Source: Octopus sinensis (taxonomy: Eukaryota). Taken from it: 64,000 nucleotides of DNA. The stretch covers positions 53,258,001 to 53,322,000 of the forward strand of contig NC_043007.1 in NCBI RefSeq assembly GCF_006345805.1, read 5' to 3'. Both the position numbers and the translations under genes were made by a program. This document shows positions 62,954 to 64,000 of this stretch, in pieces. Below the pieces are notes generated by a model. That model saw only the letters and a program-made list of their open reading frames with translations. It was not told the DNA's origin and did not search any database. The stretch's first letter is position 1; the number at the start of each line of letters is the position of its first letter.

Positions 62954-64000
62954 TTGCCACTTTGTCCCACTTTCTAGCACTACTCATTACATATTTTGTG
63001 ATAAGTAAATATTGCACCCAGCCATTGCAACCATCCATACATTTTCTACAAATTTACAAAACTTTTTTTTAAATCTTATTTTTCAGTCTTTTTCACGCTT
63101 GCATACTCCATTTATTCTTTCTTCATTTTTTAGCAATCTTATTCGTCTTCTTTTTTGTATTTTCTTGGGTTTTTTTTTGCTATTTCTGTAATTTTCTCCT
63201 TTCTCTGCTATCTTATTTCTCTATCTTTATTACTTTCTTGTTGTCTTATCTTCCTCTCATATTCTTTCATTTTTAGCTGTCTTTTTTTTCTATCATTTTC
63301 ACCTGATAATTTTTACTATTATACAATGTTATTTTATGAATTTTTACTCTTTTCCTTTCATTTTTTACTGTATTGTGATGTTTCTTTTCTCTTGCCATTT
63401 CTCTTCTACTCATAGTTGTTTATAAGAAAGAAAGTATCATTGAGGCCATTGTTAATTTTACAGCTATGTTCCTTTCTGTAATTGTTTCACCATTTATGGT
63501 AAACAGAGGAAGAATAAAGTTGTTGCTATTTTTGCAATGAACCTAAATTCCTGCATTCTCAATTGAATAATAAGAACATTATTGCCATGTTTTCCATCCC
63601 TATTCATATATATGATATTCCTGCTTTATGTTATTAGAAATGAAAGAATGAAATTGCCTCCAATTGTTGCATATGTGCTGAGGTTTTTTTATGTATTTTT
63701 GGGAAGTTCAGTAATTATTATCAAGTAATAGAGAATTATGTTATATGCTACATTAAATTAGTGGAGCCAAAAGACAACTGAAATTGAGAGAATATATTCT
63801 AATTATAAACAGAATCTTAATAAATCAGTACTAGAAAGTTCCAGATAAATCCCTGCAAGTCAGCATATAATCTGGTTCCAAGAAGAAATTAATACTTCAA
63901 ATGTAAGATTTCTTCCAATCATTATTTTGGACCACTAGGCCCCCAGAAACAGCTGTTGGATTTGTAATACTTTTCTTCAAGCCCTTTAATTCTTGTTATT

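Noticed and set aside
63155-63415. Hydrophobic F/L/S-rich ORF
   Set aside because: Product of T-rich low-complexity sequence, with a TTG start and no recognisable domain.
63638-63728. Candidate terminal GNPAT exon (ttattag|A AAT GAA...TAA)
   Set aside because: Phase fits, but there is no recognisable similarity and no PTS1-like (S/A)KL end. Several other AG sites tested after 53693 also failed, so the last exon is probably beyond the window.

Overview
AT-rich, repeat-dense eukaryotic DNA. The SINE and LINE families look like ones I recall from octopus genomes, so a cephalopod origin is an inference, not a database result. One host gene is supported: a + strand GNPAT (dihydroxyacetone-phosphate acyltransferase, ether-lipid/plasmalogen pathway). 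Six exons are recognisable (18990-19189, 22588-22764, 34120-34249, 48975-49054, 50925-51065, 53482-53693), all with AG/GT boundaries and compatible phases. The middle of the protein is absent, probably lost in the 100-N gap at 35938-36037, and the first and last exons were not identified. Almost everything else is decayed transposons: Penelope-like elements (PLEs) of at least two clades, Tx1/L1, RTE (two families), R4/Dong and CR1 LINEs, tRNA-derived SINEs, mariner DD34D, maT DD37D, piggyBac, Helitron-like and Gypsy remnants, plus long (TA/TATG)n tracts. The most interesting signals are structural. There are two minimal type-I hammerhead ribozymes with the same fold but different stems, one with a variant CUGUUGA core. 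There is also a double-hairpin array in an RTE 3' UTR, several fold-back palindromes, a twin-primed (5'-inverted) RTE copy, and a 9-kb train of co-oriented retroelements joined by (AAT)n. No prokaryotic system (CRISPR, operon, rRNA) is present. Most short ORFs in the supplied track are microsatellite or antisense noise.
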